Below are positions 29,874 through 40,151 of a stretch of 64,000 nucleotides of DNA, piece by piece. The stretch is from contig JBDHHQ010000018.1 in NCBI GenBank assembly GCA_039589315.1, positions 1 through 64,000 of the forward strand. The letters are read 5' to 3'. Numbering within the stretch: the first letter of the stretch is position 1; each line of letters opens with the position of its first letter. A model generated the notes under the pieces. The model saw nothing but the letters and a program-made list of their open reading frames with translations. It was not told the origin of the DNA and searched no databases. This stretch comes from Gemmatimonadota bacterium. GTDB taxonomy: Bacteria > Gemmatimonadota > Gemmatimonadetes > Longimicrobiales > Gaopeijiaceae. A program made the position numbers and the translations under genes.

Positions 29874-30128
29874 GGGTTCTTCCCTCCTTTCTGCCGTTTG
29901 TGTTGTGGGGTGAGTCGGAGCTGTCTCCCCCGCTGCTCGCGCTCGCGGCTCGCCGGCGGGCACCCGAAGGCTCACTCCGCATGCGAGCTACGGCTGCTAC
30001 GCGCAGCCGACTTCGCTGCGGGGGAGACCGACCCGCCTCACCTCCACCCTGCCGGTCGTCGTCCAGATTCCATGTCGCTCGTTTCCAGTCACCCCGCCCA
30101 GCCAGCCACCCCCCCGAACGCACCGCGA

Positions 30129-30293
30129 GACGCTCGCGGAGCGGGCCAACCATCCCGTCCACTCCACAAAGGCCCGAGCCATGGTGTGTGGAGCGCCCGT
30201 GGAGCGCGCGACCATCGCCGCCACTCCACCGGCCCCCACCGTGGTGGGCAGGACGCTCGCGGAACGGGCCGTCCACCATCCCGCCCACTCCAC
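30129..30293. repeat. Three degenerate tandem units of about 62 bp (core accatcccg[tc]ccactccac)
   Basis: Cores at 30149-30167, 30211-30229 and 30275-30293. Confidence 0.65.
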
Positions 30294-30420
30294 CCATCCC
30301 CCCTACCGGTTGGAAAGGGCAGGGCGAATCGATCTCTCCTGCAGCGACTGTCTGCCGCGCGTAGCGGCAGAGCGAGGCAGGCGGAACACGCATGCAATCG
30401 CCGAACGACCTGCGGCCGAG

Positions 30421-30520
30421 CGCAGGCGCTACAGGCGAGTCTCGATCGCCCTGCCCCACCACCAACTCCGAACGCAGGCGCTACAGGCGAGCTCGACCGC
30501 CCTGCCCCACCACCAACTCC
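30421..30520. repeat. Tandem duplication (about 48 bp) of the ABC gene 3' end
   Basis: 30421-30469 vs 30473-30520 differ by one substitution and one indel. Confidence 0.85.
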
Positions 30521-32787
30521 AGCTGCAGCTCGTGGAGCTTGCGGTACAGTCCATCCTCGCGTTCGAGGAGCTCCGCGTGCGTCCCGCTCTCCACCAACCT
30601 CCCCTGCTTCATCACGAACAGGCGTGACGCTTTGTGGAGCGTGGACAAGCGGTGGGCGATGGCGAATACGGTCCGCCCCGCCACCAACCGGTCCAGCGCC
30701 AGCTGGATGTTCCGCTCCGTCTCGGTGTCCACGGCGCTGGTGGCTTCGTCCAGGATCAGGATCCGGGGATCCTGGAGGATCGCCCGGGCGATCGAGATCC
30801 GCTGCCGCTCGCCCCCCGACAACGTCTGGCCACGCTCGCCGACCACGGTGTCGTAGCCGTGAGCCAGGTGCAGGATGAAGTCGTGGGCGTTCGCCGCCTG
30901 CGCGGCCTCGATCACCTGATCCAGCGACGCCTCGGGCACGCCGTAGCGGACGTTCTCCAGGATCGTCCCGTGGAACAGATACGGGTCCTGAAGCACCATC
31001 CCGATCTGGCGACGGTAGTGGCCCATCTCCAGGCGGCTGACGTCCACGCCGTCGATGAGCACGCGTCCGCCGGTGGCGTCGTAGAACCTCGCGATCAGGT
31101 TGATGACGGTAGTCTTCCCCCCTCCGCTCGGCCCCACGAGCCCGATCATCTCGCCCGGCGCCACGTCGAAGGTCACACCCTTGAGCACCTGACGGACGCC
31201 GTCGTACCCGAAGCTCACGTTCTCGAACGTGACCCGGCCCGACACCGGATCGAGACGCACCGGGTCGGGCACGTCCACGATCTCCGGCTCGGTGTCCAGC
31301 ACCTCGAACACCCGGTGCGCCGAGCTCGTCGCCCGGTTCACGGTCCGGGCCATCTGACCGATGACCTCCATCGGCCCCACGAACATGGTCGTGTAGAGCA
31401 GGAACGAGACGAACGTCCCTGCCGACAGGCTCGCCGCCTCGTCAACACCACCCACCAGGCGCGGAACGGCGAAGGCCCACACGGCCACGGTGGTCCCGTG
31501 CACGGCCAGCATCAGCGCCGGCCAGAACGTGGTCCAGTGCGCGTGGATCCGGTTGAACTCCTCCGTTGCCTCCCGATTCCGGGAACCGAACCGTGACTTC
31601 TCTCTCTCCTCCTGGTTGAATGCCTTCACCACCCGGACACCCGGGATCGTGTCCGACAGCACGTCGGTCAGCGCCGACCACTTCCGCCAGGCCCGGGTGA
31701 ACAGCCTGTTGATGCGCTCCCCGTGCTTGAAGATGGCCCAGCAGAACACCGGTACCGGCAACGCCATGACCAGGCCCAGACGCCAGTCCAGGCTCAGCAG
31801 CACGGCGCTCAAGCCCATCAGCATCACCGCCGACAGCGACACGTCCACGATGCCGAACGCCAGGAACTCCCAGAGCCGGTCCGTATCCGAGCTCACCCGC
31901 GTGATCAGGCCTCCCGTCTTCTTTCGCGAGAAGAACCCCAGGCTCAACCGCTGTAGGTGCTCGTACAGCTCGGTCCTCAGATCCCGGGCCACGAGCTCAC
32001 CCAGCACCGACATCAGGCGCAGGCGCACGAGGGCAGCCCCCTGACGGATCAGGTACACGGCTGCCATGGCCAGCACGGCGATCCATGCCATCCTCCCCGC
32101 TGCTGACACGTCCAGGCGCCTTTCCTGGGCCGGCCTCACGACCTCGTCGATGAGGTAGCCGGCCAGGTACGGCGGGACGAGGCTCACGGCCGTGATGACA
32201 CCGGCCGCGGCGAACCCCAGGGCCACCTGCCGCCTGTACGGCTTCAAGTACGACAGCAGTCGCCAGAGCACGCGAGCCTTGTTCCCAGCCACCAGCGCCT
32301 GGGCCTCCCGGATGGGGGCCGCCACCGAATCGGCGTACTCCCGGTCTGCGTCCTCGGAGCTCACCGAGCGACCCCGGAGCTGCTCCTCGAGCACGAACCG
32401 GAGGTTTTCCACGGCCCGGCGCTGACGGTGCGTGTACCGCAGGATGGCCAGGGCCGGATCGCCGGGAGCACCCAGAACGGTGAGCACGCTCCCGCTCAGC
32501 CCCGGGGCTTCCCTCAGCTCCCGGACCTGGCTGCGCGGCACGCTCCGCACCACCCAATCCCGTCTCGACCGCTTCTCCGTCGCGATCGCCAGGTGCTCGG
32601 GCCCGAGTGCCACCCAGCTGCGCACCAGATTCATGGACGCGTCCAGATCAACCAGCGTGTACAGCTGAACCGGACGTCCCCCCCACTCGGCCTCGATCCG
32701 CTTGCGCAGCTCGACCGGCAACCTCGCGGGCTGATCCGTGTACCGCCTGATGATCTCCTGGTCCATCCGACTGCGATGCTCCGACAT
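30481..32787 (-). CDS. ABC exporter (fused TMD+NBD) with an N-terminal extension of about 170 aa
   Basis: Multi-TM domain, Walker A GPSGGGKT, LSGGERQR, ILDEATS, AHRLST. Confidence 0.93.
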   Translation of the reverse strand: MSEHRSRMDQEIIRRYTDQPARLPVELRKRIEAEWGGRPVQLYTLVDLDASMNLVRSWVALGPEHLAIATEKRSRRDWVVRSVPRSQVRELREAPGLSGSVLTVLGAPGDPALAILRYTHRQRRAVENLRFVLEEQLRGRSVSSEDADREYADSVAAPIREAQALVAGNKARVLWRLLSYLKPYRRQVALGFAAAGVITAVSLVPPYLAGYLIDEVVRPAQERRLDVSAAGRMAWIAVLAMAAVYLIRQGAALVRLRLMSVLGELVARDLRTELYEHLQRLSLGFFSRKKTGGLITRVSSDTDRLWEFLAFGIVDVSLSAVMLMGLSAVLLSLDWRLGLVMALPVPVFCWAIFKHGERINRLFTRAWRKWSALTDVLSDTIPGVRVVKAFNQEEREKSRFGSRNREATEEFNRIHAHWTTFWPALMLAVHGTTVAVWAFAVPRLVGGVDEAASLSAGTFVSFLLYTTMFVGPMEVIGQMARTVNRATSSAHRVFEVLDTEPEIVDVPDPVRLDPVSGRVTFENVSFGYDGVRQVLKGVTFDVAPGEMIGLVGPSGGGKTTVINLIARFYDATGGRVLIDGVDVSRLEMGHYRRQIGMVLQDPYLFHGTILENVRYGVPEASLDQVIEAAQAANAHDFILHLAHGYDTVVGERGQTLSGGERQRISIARAILQDPRILILDEATSAVDTETERNIQLALDRLVAGRTVFAIAHRLSTLHKASRLFVMKQGRLVESGTHAELLEREDGLYRKLHELQLELVVGQGGRARL

Positions 32788-32836
32788 CGTCCTCTCCCCC
32801 GTCCCGGAGCCCCTGTGGCTCCCGATTTCGACCTGC

Positions 32837-32884
32837 AAGAGAAACGCGGCCTCCCGGGTCCCGAAGGATCCGGAAGGCCGCGTT
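32837..32884 (-). terminator. Terminator hairpin in the leader of the ABC exporter gene (attenuator)
   Basis: Minus strand AACGCGGCCTTCCGG-ATCC-TTCG-GGAC-CCGGGAGGCCGCGTT followed by TCTCTT. Confidence 0.7.
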
Positions 32885-32916
32885 GGCTATGCGGCCGAAA
32901 CGCGAGAAACCCGGTC

Positions 32917-33060
32917 CTAAGGCACCCCCTCCACTTCCGCCTGCGTGGCGGCCGGCACGACGCTGCCGATCATGCCCTTGGGCACGATCCGCCCGTACCG
33001 CAGTCCCGCCCAGGGGCGGTCCGCGACAGCGTCGAAGCCGGAGTTGGTGAGGATTCTCAT
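32917..33060 (-). CDS. Putative 47-aa leader peptide (uORF)
   Basis: MRILTNSGFDAVADRPWAGLRYGRIVPKGMIGSVVPAATQAEVEGVP*; AGGA upstream; mostly G/C-ending codons; ends just before the antiterminator/terminator. Confidence 0.55.
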   Translation of the reverse strand: MRILTNSGFDAVADRPWAGLRYGRIVPKGMIGSVVPAATQAEVEGVP

Positions 33061-33473
33061 CACTCGGGTTTCCTGTATGGGATCGGACTCCAGCGCCCGG
33101 GCGTCAGGTGACGCCAGGCGGATACCACTTCCGGGGGCTGGCCCCTACGCGGAGTCGGATCACTGGTGCATCTCGCGATCACTCGTGTCGGCGTCCACCT
33201 CGGACGCCGGTCTGTGCAAGCTACGTACGTGGAGGGGGCCCATCAAGTTTCTCGTCGAGCGTGGTGCAGCCTTGACTCAGAAGATGCCCTATCCTCGTCG
33301 AAGCGGATGTGTGCTGCTTCGTGAGTGGGGTCGTGGTTCGGTGAGCGACGCCTAGCTCGTTCGGTTGCGTGACGGTTCCCAGGTCGGCCGACCTTCCTCG
33401 GAGCGACCCACTGCTCGTGCCCACGCCCCACCCGGCCTTGCCCGACCCACCCCCATCCCTACCTTCGCCCCTC

Positions 33474-34610
33474 ATGAGCCAAGTCAGCATGGTATCGCCG
33501 GAGGACCAGGGCGCGACGTTCGTCGAGCTCTTCTTCGACCTGGTATTCGTGTTCGCGATCACCCAGGTGACCCACTACGCGGCCCATCACCTGGATGCCC
33601 ACGGGATCTTCCGCGCGGTGGTCGTCTTCTGGCTCATCTGGTGGGGATGGACCCAGTTCACGTGGGCCCTGAACTCTGCCAACACACAGCACCACCACGT
33701 CCGGGTCGGCACGCTCGTCTCCACGGGCGTCGCGTTCGTGATGGCGGTGTCGTTGGACGACGCCTTCTCCGATACGACGGGGGCACTCTGGTTCGCGTTG
33801 TCCTATGTGGGCGTTCGCACCCTGGGGTTGGGCCTCTACTACCAGGTGCTCACCGACGGCGCGCAGAGATCCTCGGTTCGCGCCTTCGCCATGCTCTCGA
33901 TCGGAGGTCTGGTCGCCGTGCTGGTCGGCAGCCTGGTCGATCCGTCTCTGCGAGATTGGATCTGGCTCGCGGCCATAGCCATGGACTTCGGAGCGGCCTG
34001 GCTGGCTGGAAACAAGTGGTCGTGGGGCGTCCACGCCGGCCACTTCGCCGAGCGGCACGGTCTCATCATCATCATCGCTCTCGGCGAGTCGCTCATCGTC
34101 GCCGGCGGCGCGCTCGTGTCGGGCGTCACGCTGCCCGTCCTGGTGACCGGCTCGATCGCGGTGGTGCTGACCTGCCTCCTGTGGTGGACCTACTTCGGGT
34201 GGGTGCAGGGGGTGCTCGAAGAGTCCTTGATCGCCATCGAGGGTCCGGCGCGCTCCCAACTCGCGCGGGACGCCTATTCCTTCGGACACTTCCCGCTGGT
34301 GAGCGGGATCATCGCACTGGCCGTGGGCTTCGAGGCGTCGTTCCATCCGGAGGCCTACGGGCTCGTCCAGATCGCCGCAGCCGTCGGGGTGGGGCTCACC
34401 CTGTTCCTGGTATCGACTGCGGCCTCGCTCTGGCGCGCGCTTCGCTGCGTGCTGTGGAACCGCTTGATGGTCCTGGCGCTTACGCTGGGCGCGCTCGCCT
34501 TCAGCGCTGGGTCCTCCGTCAACGTGATCCTCGGCGTCGCCGCCGCAGGACTCGCCGTGATCGTGGTCATCGAGCAGTTGACGGTGCGCCGGCGTCTGGC
34601 GAGCCACTGA
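33474..34610 (+). CDS. low temperature requirement protein A (LtrA) family membrane protein
   Basis: ELFFDLVFVFAITQ, WWGW, HFAERHGL..IIALGES, WWTYF. Confidence 0.9.
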   Translation: MSQVSMVSPEDQGATFVELFFDLVFVFAITQVTHYAAHHLDAHGIFRAVVVFWLIWWGWTQFTWALNSANTQHHHVRVGTLVSTGVAFVMAVSLDDAFSDTTGALWFALSYVGVRTLGLGLYYQVLTDGAQRSSVRAFAMLSIGGLVAVLVGSLVDPSLRDWIWLAAIAMDFGAAWLAGNKWSWGVHAGHFAERHGLIIIIALGESLIVAGGALVSGVTLPVLVTGSIAVVLTCLLWWTYFGWVQGVLEESLIAIEGPARSQLARDAYSFGHFPLVSGIIALAVGFEASFHPEAYGLVQIAAAVGVGLTLFLVSTAASLWRALRCVLWNRLMVLALTLGALAFSAGSSVNVILGVAAAGLAVIVVIEQLTVRRRLASH

Positions 34611-34689
34611 CGTCCACCACCCTCCCACCCCGGGCACTCGGATGTTCGATCGGAGCTTCGCCACCGCTCATGGACCCCGCGGTACCACC

Positions 34690-35739
34690 GTGACACGATC
34701 TTCATGGCGCAGGGGCCCTTCGAGGGGAGTTCTGGGCTCGCTGTGCTTCTGCGCCGTTGCCCTCGGGTGTGACCCGGATGCGCCGCGCGCTGAAGGTGAC
34801 CTGATCCCGCTCAGCGTCGAGTTGGGGTCCCGGTCCGTCAGCAAGCTGCCCTTCGTGATCGCCGCAGATCAGGGTCTCTACGAGAAGCACGGTCTCGCCG
34901 TCCGGCTGTGGATGCCGGAGCCCGACTTTCGCGGTGGTTGGGAGCCGTCCACCGAGAGACCCCGTCGCCCCGACATCAGCGTGGACGGCGGAACCCCCAT
35001 GATGGTCGACATGGTCACCAAAGCGACGGCCTTCACCCGCGTAATGCTGGCCTCGACCGACTGTGTCGTGCGGGCCCACATCGTCGCACGACCCGAGATC
35101 GAGACCCTCGAGGACCTGAAAGGCAAGCGTCTGGGCATCTCCTCGGGAACGCACACCACAACCGGCTTCGTGGCCCTGAGACTGGCAGAGCGCATGGGCT
35201 GGGACCCGGTACAGGACATCTCGATCATGCTCGGCGGTCGTACGATGCGCGCGCTTCGCGACGGCCGCGTGGACGCGATCGTGGCGAGTGAGCGGCGATT
35301 GGCGCAGGCTCGGCGGGAGGGCTTCCCGAGCCTGGTCGACACACGGACCTGGGACCTGCCGGTCGCCGGCAACAGCGTGCGCGTCGAACCGGGGTGGTTG
35401 GAGACCGAGGCGAACCGTGACGCAGCACGCCGCTTCCTCCAGGCGACGATCGAGGGCATCGCGCTGTTTCATGCCGACCGCGAGCTGGCGCTCGAGGTCC
35501 TGGAGGAGTGGCACGGCGTCACGGACGCGGCCTACGCGGCGACATTCTACGACGGGGGTCGTTGGATTCCCCGTGAGCCCTACCCCTGCTACGACGGCAT
35601 CGACGCCACGCTCGAGCTCTACGACTCGAACGAGATGCGCAAGCACGTCGCGGGCGACTTCTATGACGACTCCCTGATGCGGGAGATCGACGAAAGCGGG
35701 TTCATCGACAGCGTCTACGCCGCCGTCGCGGAGCGGTGA
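34690..35739 (+). CDS. NMT1/SsuA-type ABC substrate-binding lipoprotein
   Basis: Lipobox ALGC; LPFVIA.DQGLYEKHGL; IETLEDLKGKRLGI; L..GRVDA. Confidence 0.82.
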   Translation: MTRSSWRRGPSRGVLGSLCFCAVALGCDPDAPRAEGDLIPLSVELGSRSVSKLPFVIAADQGLYEKHGLAVRLWMPEPDFRGGWEPSTERPRRPDISVDGGTPMMVDMVTKATAFTRVMLASTDCVVRAHIVARPEIETLEDLKGKRLGISSGTHTTTGFVALRLAERMGWDPVQDISIMLGGRTMRALRDGRVDAIVASERRLAQARREGFPSLVDTRTWDLPVAGNSVRVEPGWLETEANRDAARRFLQATIEGIALFHADRELALEVLEEWHGVTDAAYAATFYDGGRWIPREPYPCYDGIDATLELYDSNEMRKHVAGDFYDDSLMREIDESGFIDSVYAAVAER

Positions 35740-35928
35740 GCTCCTTCGCCCGGTTGCTGCGAAGGTGCAGCGCCGATCCAGCGCCGGGGCAGCCTCAGCG
35801 GTAGAGGCCCAGGTGAGCGCCGCACCGGAGGCAGACGCCCGGCGCCCGGAGAGCGGCACCACCGCGATCCGCGGCGGCGCCGCTCACCCGAGGCCCTCAC
35901 GCGTGTGGCGCTCCGTCGGCAAGAGCCT

Positions 35929-37407
35929 CTAGACGCCGACCGGCTCCCGCCCCTCCACCTCGAACTCCACGTCCAGGCCGAGCCTGCGAGCCACCCCCTC
36001 GCCGTACGCCGGATCGCACTGATAGAAGAGTGCGAGCTGGCGATGGACGATCGCCTCGGGCACGCCCTCCATGGCCTCGGCGATGTTGTGGAACAGCTGT
36101 TCCTTCTGACTCTCGCTCATGAGCCGGAAGAGGTTGCCGGGCTGGGTGAAGTCATCGTTCCCTTCCCGATGGTCGAACCTGTCCGCCATGGCGAAGTCGA
36201 TCCCGAGGGCCGGCTCCTTGAGCGAGGGATCCTCCACCGGCCCGCCGAAGCTGTTCGGCTCGTAATGCACCTTGCCGCCCTCGTTGGCGTCAAAGCGCAT
36301 GGCGCCGTCCCGGATATAGTTGTGCACGGGGCAGCGCGGCCTGTTCACGGGCAGCATCTCGTAGTTCGTGCCGACGCGGTAGCGGTGGGCGTCGGCGTAC
36401 GAGAAGATACGGGCCTGCAGCATCTTGTCCGGCGACCAGCTGATGCCGGGAACCACGTTCGAGGGTGAGAACGAGGACTGCTCGACCTCGGCGAAGTAGT
36501 TCTCGGGGTTCCGGTTGAGCTCCAGAACGCCCACCTCGACCAGAGGGTAATCGGCGTGCGGCCAGACCTTGGTGAGGTCGAAGGGATTGACGTGGTACTT
36601 CGCCGCTTCGACTTCGGGCATGATCTGTACCATGAGCCGCCACCGCGGATACTCGCCTCCCTCGATGGCTTCGTATAGATCACGCTGGTGCGTCTCGCGG
36701 TCCTGGCCCACGAGCGTCGCGGCTTCGGCGTTGGGCACGGTCTCGATGCCCTGGAGGGTCTTGAAGTGGAACTTGACCCAGACGCGCTCCCCATCGGCGT
36801 TGATGAAGCTGTAGGTGTGGCTGCCGTACCCGTTCATGTGCCGGTACGAACGCGGCAGGCCGCGGTCGCTGAACAGGATCGTCAGCTGGTGCAGGCTCTC
36901 CGGCGACAGGGACCAGAAGTCCCACATCGCGGTGTTGGACCGCAGGTTCGTCTTCGGGTCCCGCTTCTGTGTCCGGATGAAGTCCGGGAACTTGTACGGA
37001 TCGCGGACGAAGAAGACGGGCGTGTTGTTCCCAACCAGGTCCCAGTTGCCCTGATCCGTGTAGAACTTCACGGCGAACCCGCGCACGTCCCGCTCCGCGT
37101 CCGCAGCGCCCCGCTCGCCCGCCACCGTGGAGAAGCGAAGGAAGACCTCGGTCTCCTTCCCGACGCGAGAGAAGATGGATGCCTTGGTGTACTGGGAGAG
37201 GTCGTTGGTGACGGTGAATGTCCCGAAGGCACCCGAGCCCTTGGCGTGGACGACGCGTTCGGGAATCCGCTCGCGATTCTGATGGGCCAGCTTCTCCAGA
37301 AGCTGATAGTCCTGCATCAGGAGCGGTCCACGGGGCCCGACGGTGAGGCTGTTCTGGTTGTCGGCGACGGGACTTCCGCCGGTGGTCGTGAGTGTCTCTC
37401 GGTTCAT
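35929..37407 (-). CDS. katA: monofunctional small-subunit heme catalase
   Basis: [44 protein letters not shown]. Confidence 0.95.
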   Translation of the reverse strand: MNRETLTTTGGSPVADNQNSLTVGPRGPLLMQDYQLLEKLAHQNRERIPERVVHAKGSGAFGTFTVTNDLSQYTKASIFSRVGKETEVFLRFSTVAGERGAADAERDVRGFAVKFYTDQGNWDLVGNNTPVFFVRDPYKFPDFIRTQKRDPKTNLRSNTAMWDFWSLSPESLHQLTILFSDRGLPRSYRHMNGYGSHTYSFINADGERVWVKFHFKTLQGIETVPNAEAATLVGQDRETHQRDLYEAIEGGEYPRWRLMVQIMPEVEAAKYHVNPFDLTKVWPHADYPLVEVGVLELNRNPENYFAEVEQSSFSPSNVVPGISWSPDKMLQARIFSYADAHRYRVGTNYEMLPVNRPRCPVHNYIRDGAMRFDANEGGKVHYEPNSFGGPVEDPSLKEPALGIDFAMADRFDHREGNDDFTQPGNLFRLMSESQKEQLFHNIAEAMEGVPEAIVHRQLALFYQCDPAYGEGVARRLGLDVEFEVEGREPVGV

Positions 37408-37640
37408 GTTCCCCCTCCTTCCAGGTGCTTCCTGCGGTCCTCCTCCCCTGTGTCCGCCGGCGTCATGCCTCCTTCGGCCCGAGGGTCAGGCCGGCACTCG
37501 TCAATGGTAGGCTTCCAGCGCCGACATGTCTGTCGGGAAGTGGATGAAATGCGCGAGGGAATGTGCCACCGGCACCGCGGGCACCGCGGGGCCGGCGGCC
37601 ACGTCTCGGGACGAAGCCGCGACGTCGGGAGGCTGAGCCG

Positions 37641-39236
37641 TTAGAGCCCGAAGACGAAGAGAGACGACCCGGCCGCGATGGCCACGTGCTGCTGGCCATC
37701 GATCTCGAAGGAGACCGGATTCGTCCGGACCGCGGCCCCCGCCTGGAACTCCCAGAGCGCTTCGCCGGTCTCGGCGTCGAGGGCAAACACGTTGCCCTCG
37801 TTGGAGCCGCCGAACACCAACCCTCCGGCTGTGGCCATCACCCCCGACCACGGGGGCGTGAGCAGCCGGAACTCCCAGCGGCGCTCGCCGGTCCTGACGT
37901 CGAGGGCGCGCACGGCCCCGTAGGCCTCGTCGCCGTCCAGCGCGCTCTCCCCCCCGCCCATGTAGGGGGCACCGGCCTCGTACTCCACCTCGGTCTTGTA
38001 GTACACCGCCCCCATCTCCCGGACCGGCACGTAGAAGAGCTCCGTCCGGGGGCTGTAGGAGGGACTGGGCCAGTTGGTGGCGCCCTGCAGGCTCGGATAG
38101 ACCAGCGTGCCCTCTTCCGTGGGCTCGGTGCCCGGCTTGACGATCGGGCGGCCGCTCTCGTCCAGCCCCTCGGCCCAGGTCTGCGTTGCGTAGGGCGCGC
38201 CCATCAGGAACTCGCCGGTCTCTCGGTCGAGGAGGTAGTAGAAGGCGTTGCGGTTGGCTGTTGCCAGGACCTTCCGCCGCTGGCCGTCCAGCTCCAGATC
38301 CACCAGCACCGGGATCTGGTTGGCGTCCCAGTCGTGCGTGTCATGAGGCGTGAACTGAAAGTGCCAGACCAGCTCGCCGGTATCCGGATTCAGCGCGACC
38401 ACCGAGCAGGTGTAGAGGTTGTCGCCGGGTCGGACGTCTCCATTCCAGTCCGGCCCCGGGTTGCCGATCCCCCAGTACAGGAGGTCCAGTGCGGGGTCGT
38501 ACGATCCGGTGAGCCAGGTGGCGCCGGCACCGTATCTCCAACTCTCGCCGCCCCAGGTGTCGTTGCCCGGCTCCCCCGGACCGGGGACGGTCCAGAAGCG
38601 CCACAGGCGATCGCCCGAGGTTGGATCGTACGCATCCACGAAGCCGCGGATGCCGGCCTCACCGCCGCTGGTCCCTATGATGATCTTCCCGTCGAGGGCC
38701 AGGGGTGCCAAGGTCAGGGAATGACCCGTGGCATTGTCGGCCACCTGGGTCTCCCATCGCACGGCGCCGGAGCGGGCGTCCAGCGCCACCAACCGCGCGT
38801 CCAGCGTGCCGACGAAGAGGGTTTCGTCCAGGATGGCCACGCCCCGGTTCACGCGGGGAAAGCCGATGTTGCGGAGCTCGGTGGGAAGCTCTGCCGCCCA
38901 GCTCCAGAGCTTGCGGCCCGTGCGCAAATCCAGCGCGGTGACCTTGGTGGGCGGCTCGGTGATGTACATGACCGAGTCGGCGACGATAGGCGTGGTTTCA
39001 ACCAGTCCGGGGCCGGTCATCTGGTAGACCCAGCGCACCCTCAGCTCGTGAGCGTTGTTCCGGTCGATCTGATCGAGACCGGAGAACCGGCGCGAGTCGT
39101 ACGTCCCCGAGTACGTCAGCCAGCTTCGCGGCTCGGCCGCGGCTTCACGAATGCGCTCGAACGGCACCTGCCCGGCGCCAGCGGACACGGCGCCCACCAG
39201 CAGGGCGCCCGCGCCGAGGATGGAGCGAACGGTCAT
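37641..39236 (-). CDS. PQQ-dependent dehydrogenase family protein (alcohol-DH-like, no vicinal Cys-Cys)
   Basis: RFSGLDQI, ETTP, NRGVA, GNPGPDW, GDNLYT, HDTHDWDANQ, ANRN, GATNW; signal peptide. Confidence 0.9.
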   Translation of the reverse strand: MTVRSILGAGALLVGAVSAGAGQVPFERIREAAAEPRSWLTYSGTYDSRRFSGLDQIDRNNAHELRVRWVYQMTGPGLVETTPIVADSVMYITEPPTKVTALDLRTGRKLWSWAAELPTELRNIGFPRVNRGVAILDETLFVGTLDARLVALDARSGAVRWETQVADNATGHSLTLAPLALDGKIIIGTSGGEAGIRGFVDAYDPTSGDRLWRFWTVPGPGEPGNDTWGGESWRYGAGATWLTGSYDPALDLLYWGIGNPGPDWNGDVRPGDNLYTCSVVALNPDTGELVWHFQFTPHDTHDWDANQIPVLVDLELDGQRRKVLATANRNAFYYLLDRETGEFLMGAPYATQTWAEGLDESGRPIVKPGTEPTEEGTLVYPSLQGATNWPSPSYSPRTELFYVPVREMGAVYYKTEVEYEAGAPYMGGGESALDGDEAYGAVRALDVRTGERRWEFRLLTPPWSGVMATAGGLVFGGSNEGNVFALDAETGEALWEFQAGAAVRTNPVSFEIDGQQHVAIAAGSSLFVFGL

Positions 39237-40120
39237 GGTGTCCCCCTGAGGCTGGCCAGATACGCGACGAGATCCTCGAGCTCGGAATCCGTGAAGACTC
39301 CCTCGTAGCTCGGCATTGCGCTTTCGTCGAAGAGCCGTTCCACGTCCCGCAGCTCGTCCTTCCTGAGCGAGTAGGATCTGCCCAGATCGTCACGGAGCTG
39401 GAGCGTGAAGTCGTCCTCGTTGATCCGCATGCCCTCGACGCTGCTCCCGTCGGCCAGCACGGCCCGGACCAGCAGGTATCCGTCGAACCCGCTGCTCCCC
39501 ATGGTGTTGATGGCGCTGGGCCTCCGGGCGCCCGGCTGCATGATCGCCTCCAGGAGGTGCGCGGCGCCGCGGCGGGCCCCCACGTCCGTGAGCTCCGGAC
39601 CGATCCCGGTGCCGACGCCGGACACGATGTGACAAGCCGTGCAGTCGGCGTCGCCCATGAACATGGCCGCGCCCCGGGCCGAGTCCCCTGGGAGCTCGAC
39701 GACCTCGGTCCGGCCGAGCGTGCGGATGTAGGCGGCGACCTGGCGCACGTCCTCCGCGCTCATGACCCACGCGCCTCCCATGTCAGTGCCCGGAATCCCG
39801 CCGGAGATGACTGCCACGAGGGCTTCGTCATCGGGGGCGCTCCTGAGGGACGGACGGTTCAGCGCCGGCCCCTCGCCACCAGTGCCCCCCACCCCGTGAC
39901 AGCGGGAGCACTGAGCGGTGAAGATCCGCTCTCCCCTGGCCAGCTCCACGGGGTCGGTGGGGAGCCCGGCCTCCACGGGCCCTTGCTGCCGGGCAGCGCG
40001 GAGCGGTGTCGGCACCGTGATCAGGAGCGCCAGAGCGCCCCCCAGGGTGGACAGACGAAGACCGCGGGTGATGCGGTGCGTTCCACCCACGGATGTCGGG
40101 GAGACGGAGGTGTGGGTCAC
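39233..40120 (-). CDS. diheme c-type cytochrome (start uncertain)
   Basis: CSRCH and CTACH, GPELT.VG, SAMP, DLVAYL; its stop overlaps the dehydrogenase ATG. Confidence 0.85.
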   Translation of the reverse strand: MTHTSVSPTSVGGTHRITRGLRLSTLGGALALLITVPTPLRAARQQGPVEAGLPTDPVELARGERIFTAQCSRCHGVGGTGGEGPALNRPSLRSAPDDEALVAVISGGIPGTDMGGAWVMSAEDVRQVAAYIRTLGRTEVVELPGDSARGAAMFMGDADCTACHIVSGVGTGIGPELTDVGARRGAAHLLEAIMQPGARRPSAINTMGSSGFDGYLLVRAVLADGSSVEGMRINEDDFTLQLRDDLGRSYSLRKDELRDVERLFDESAMPSYEGVFTDSELEDLVAYLASLRGTP

Positions 40121-40151
40121 GGAGCTAGCGTGGTGCTGCAAAAGCACCACA

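Noticed and set aside
30129..30293. CRISPR-like spacing (repeats every 62-64 bp)
   Set aside because: Repeats are degenerate, the spacers resemble each other, there are only three units and no cas genes; this is a tandem repeat.
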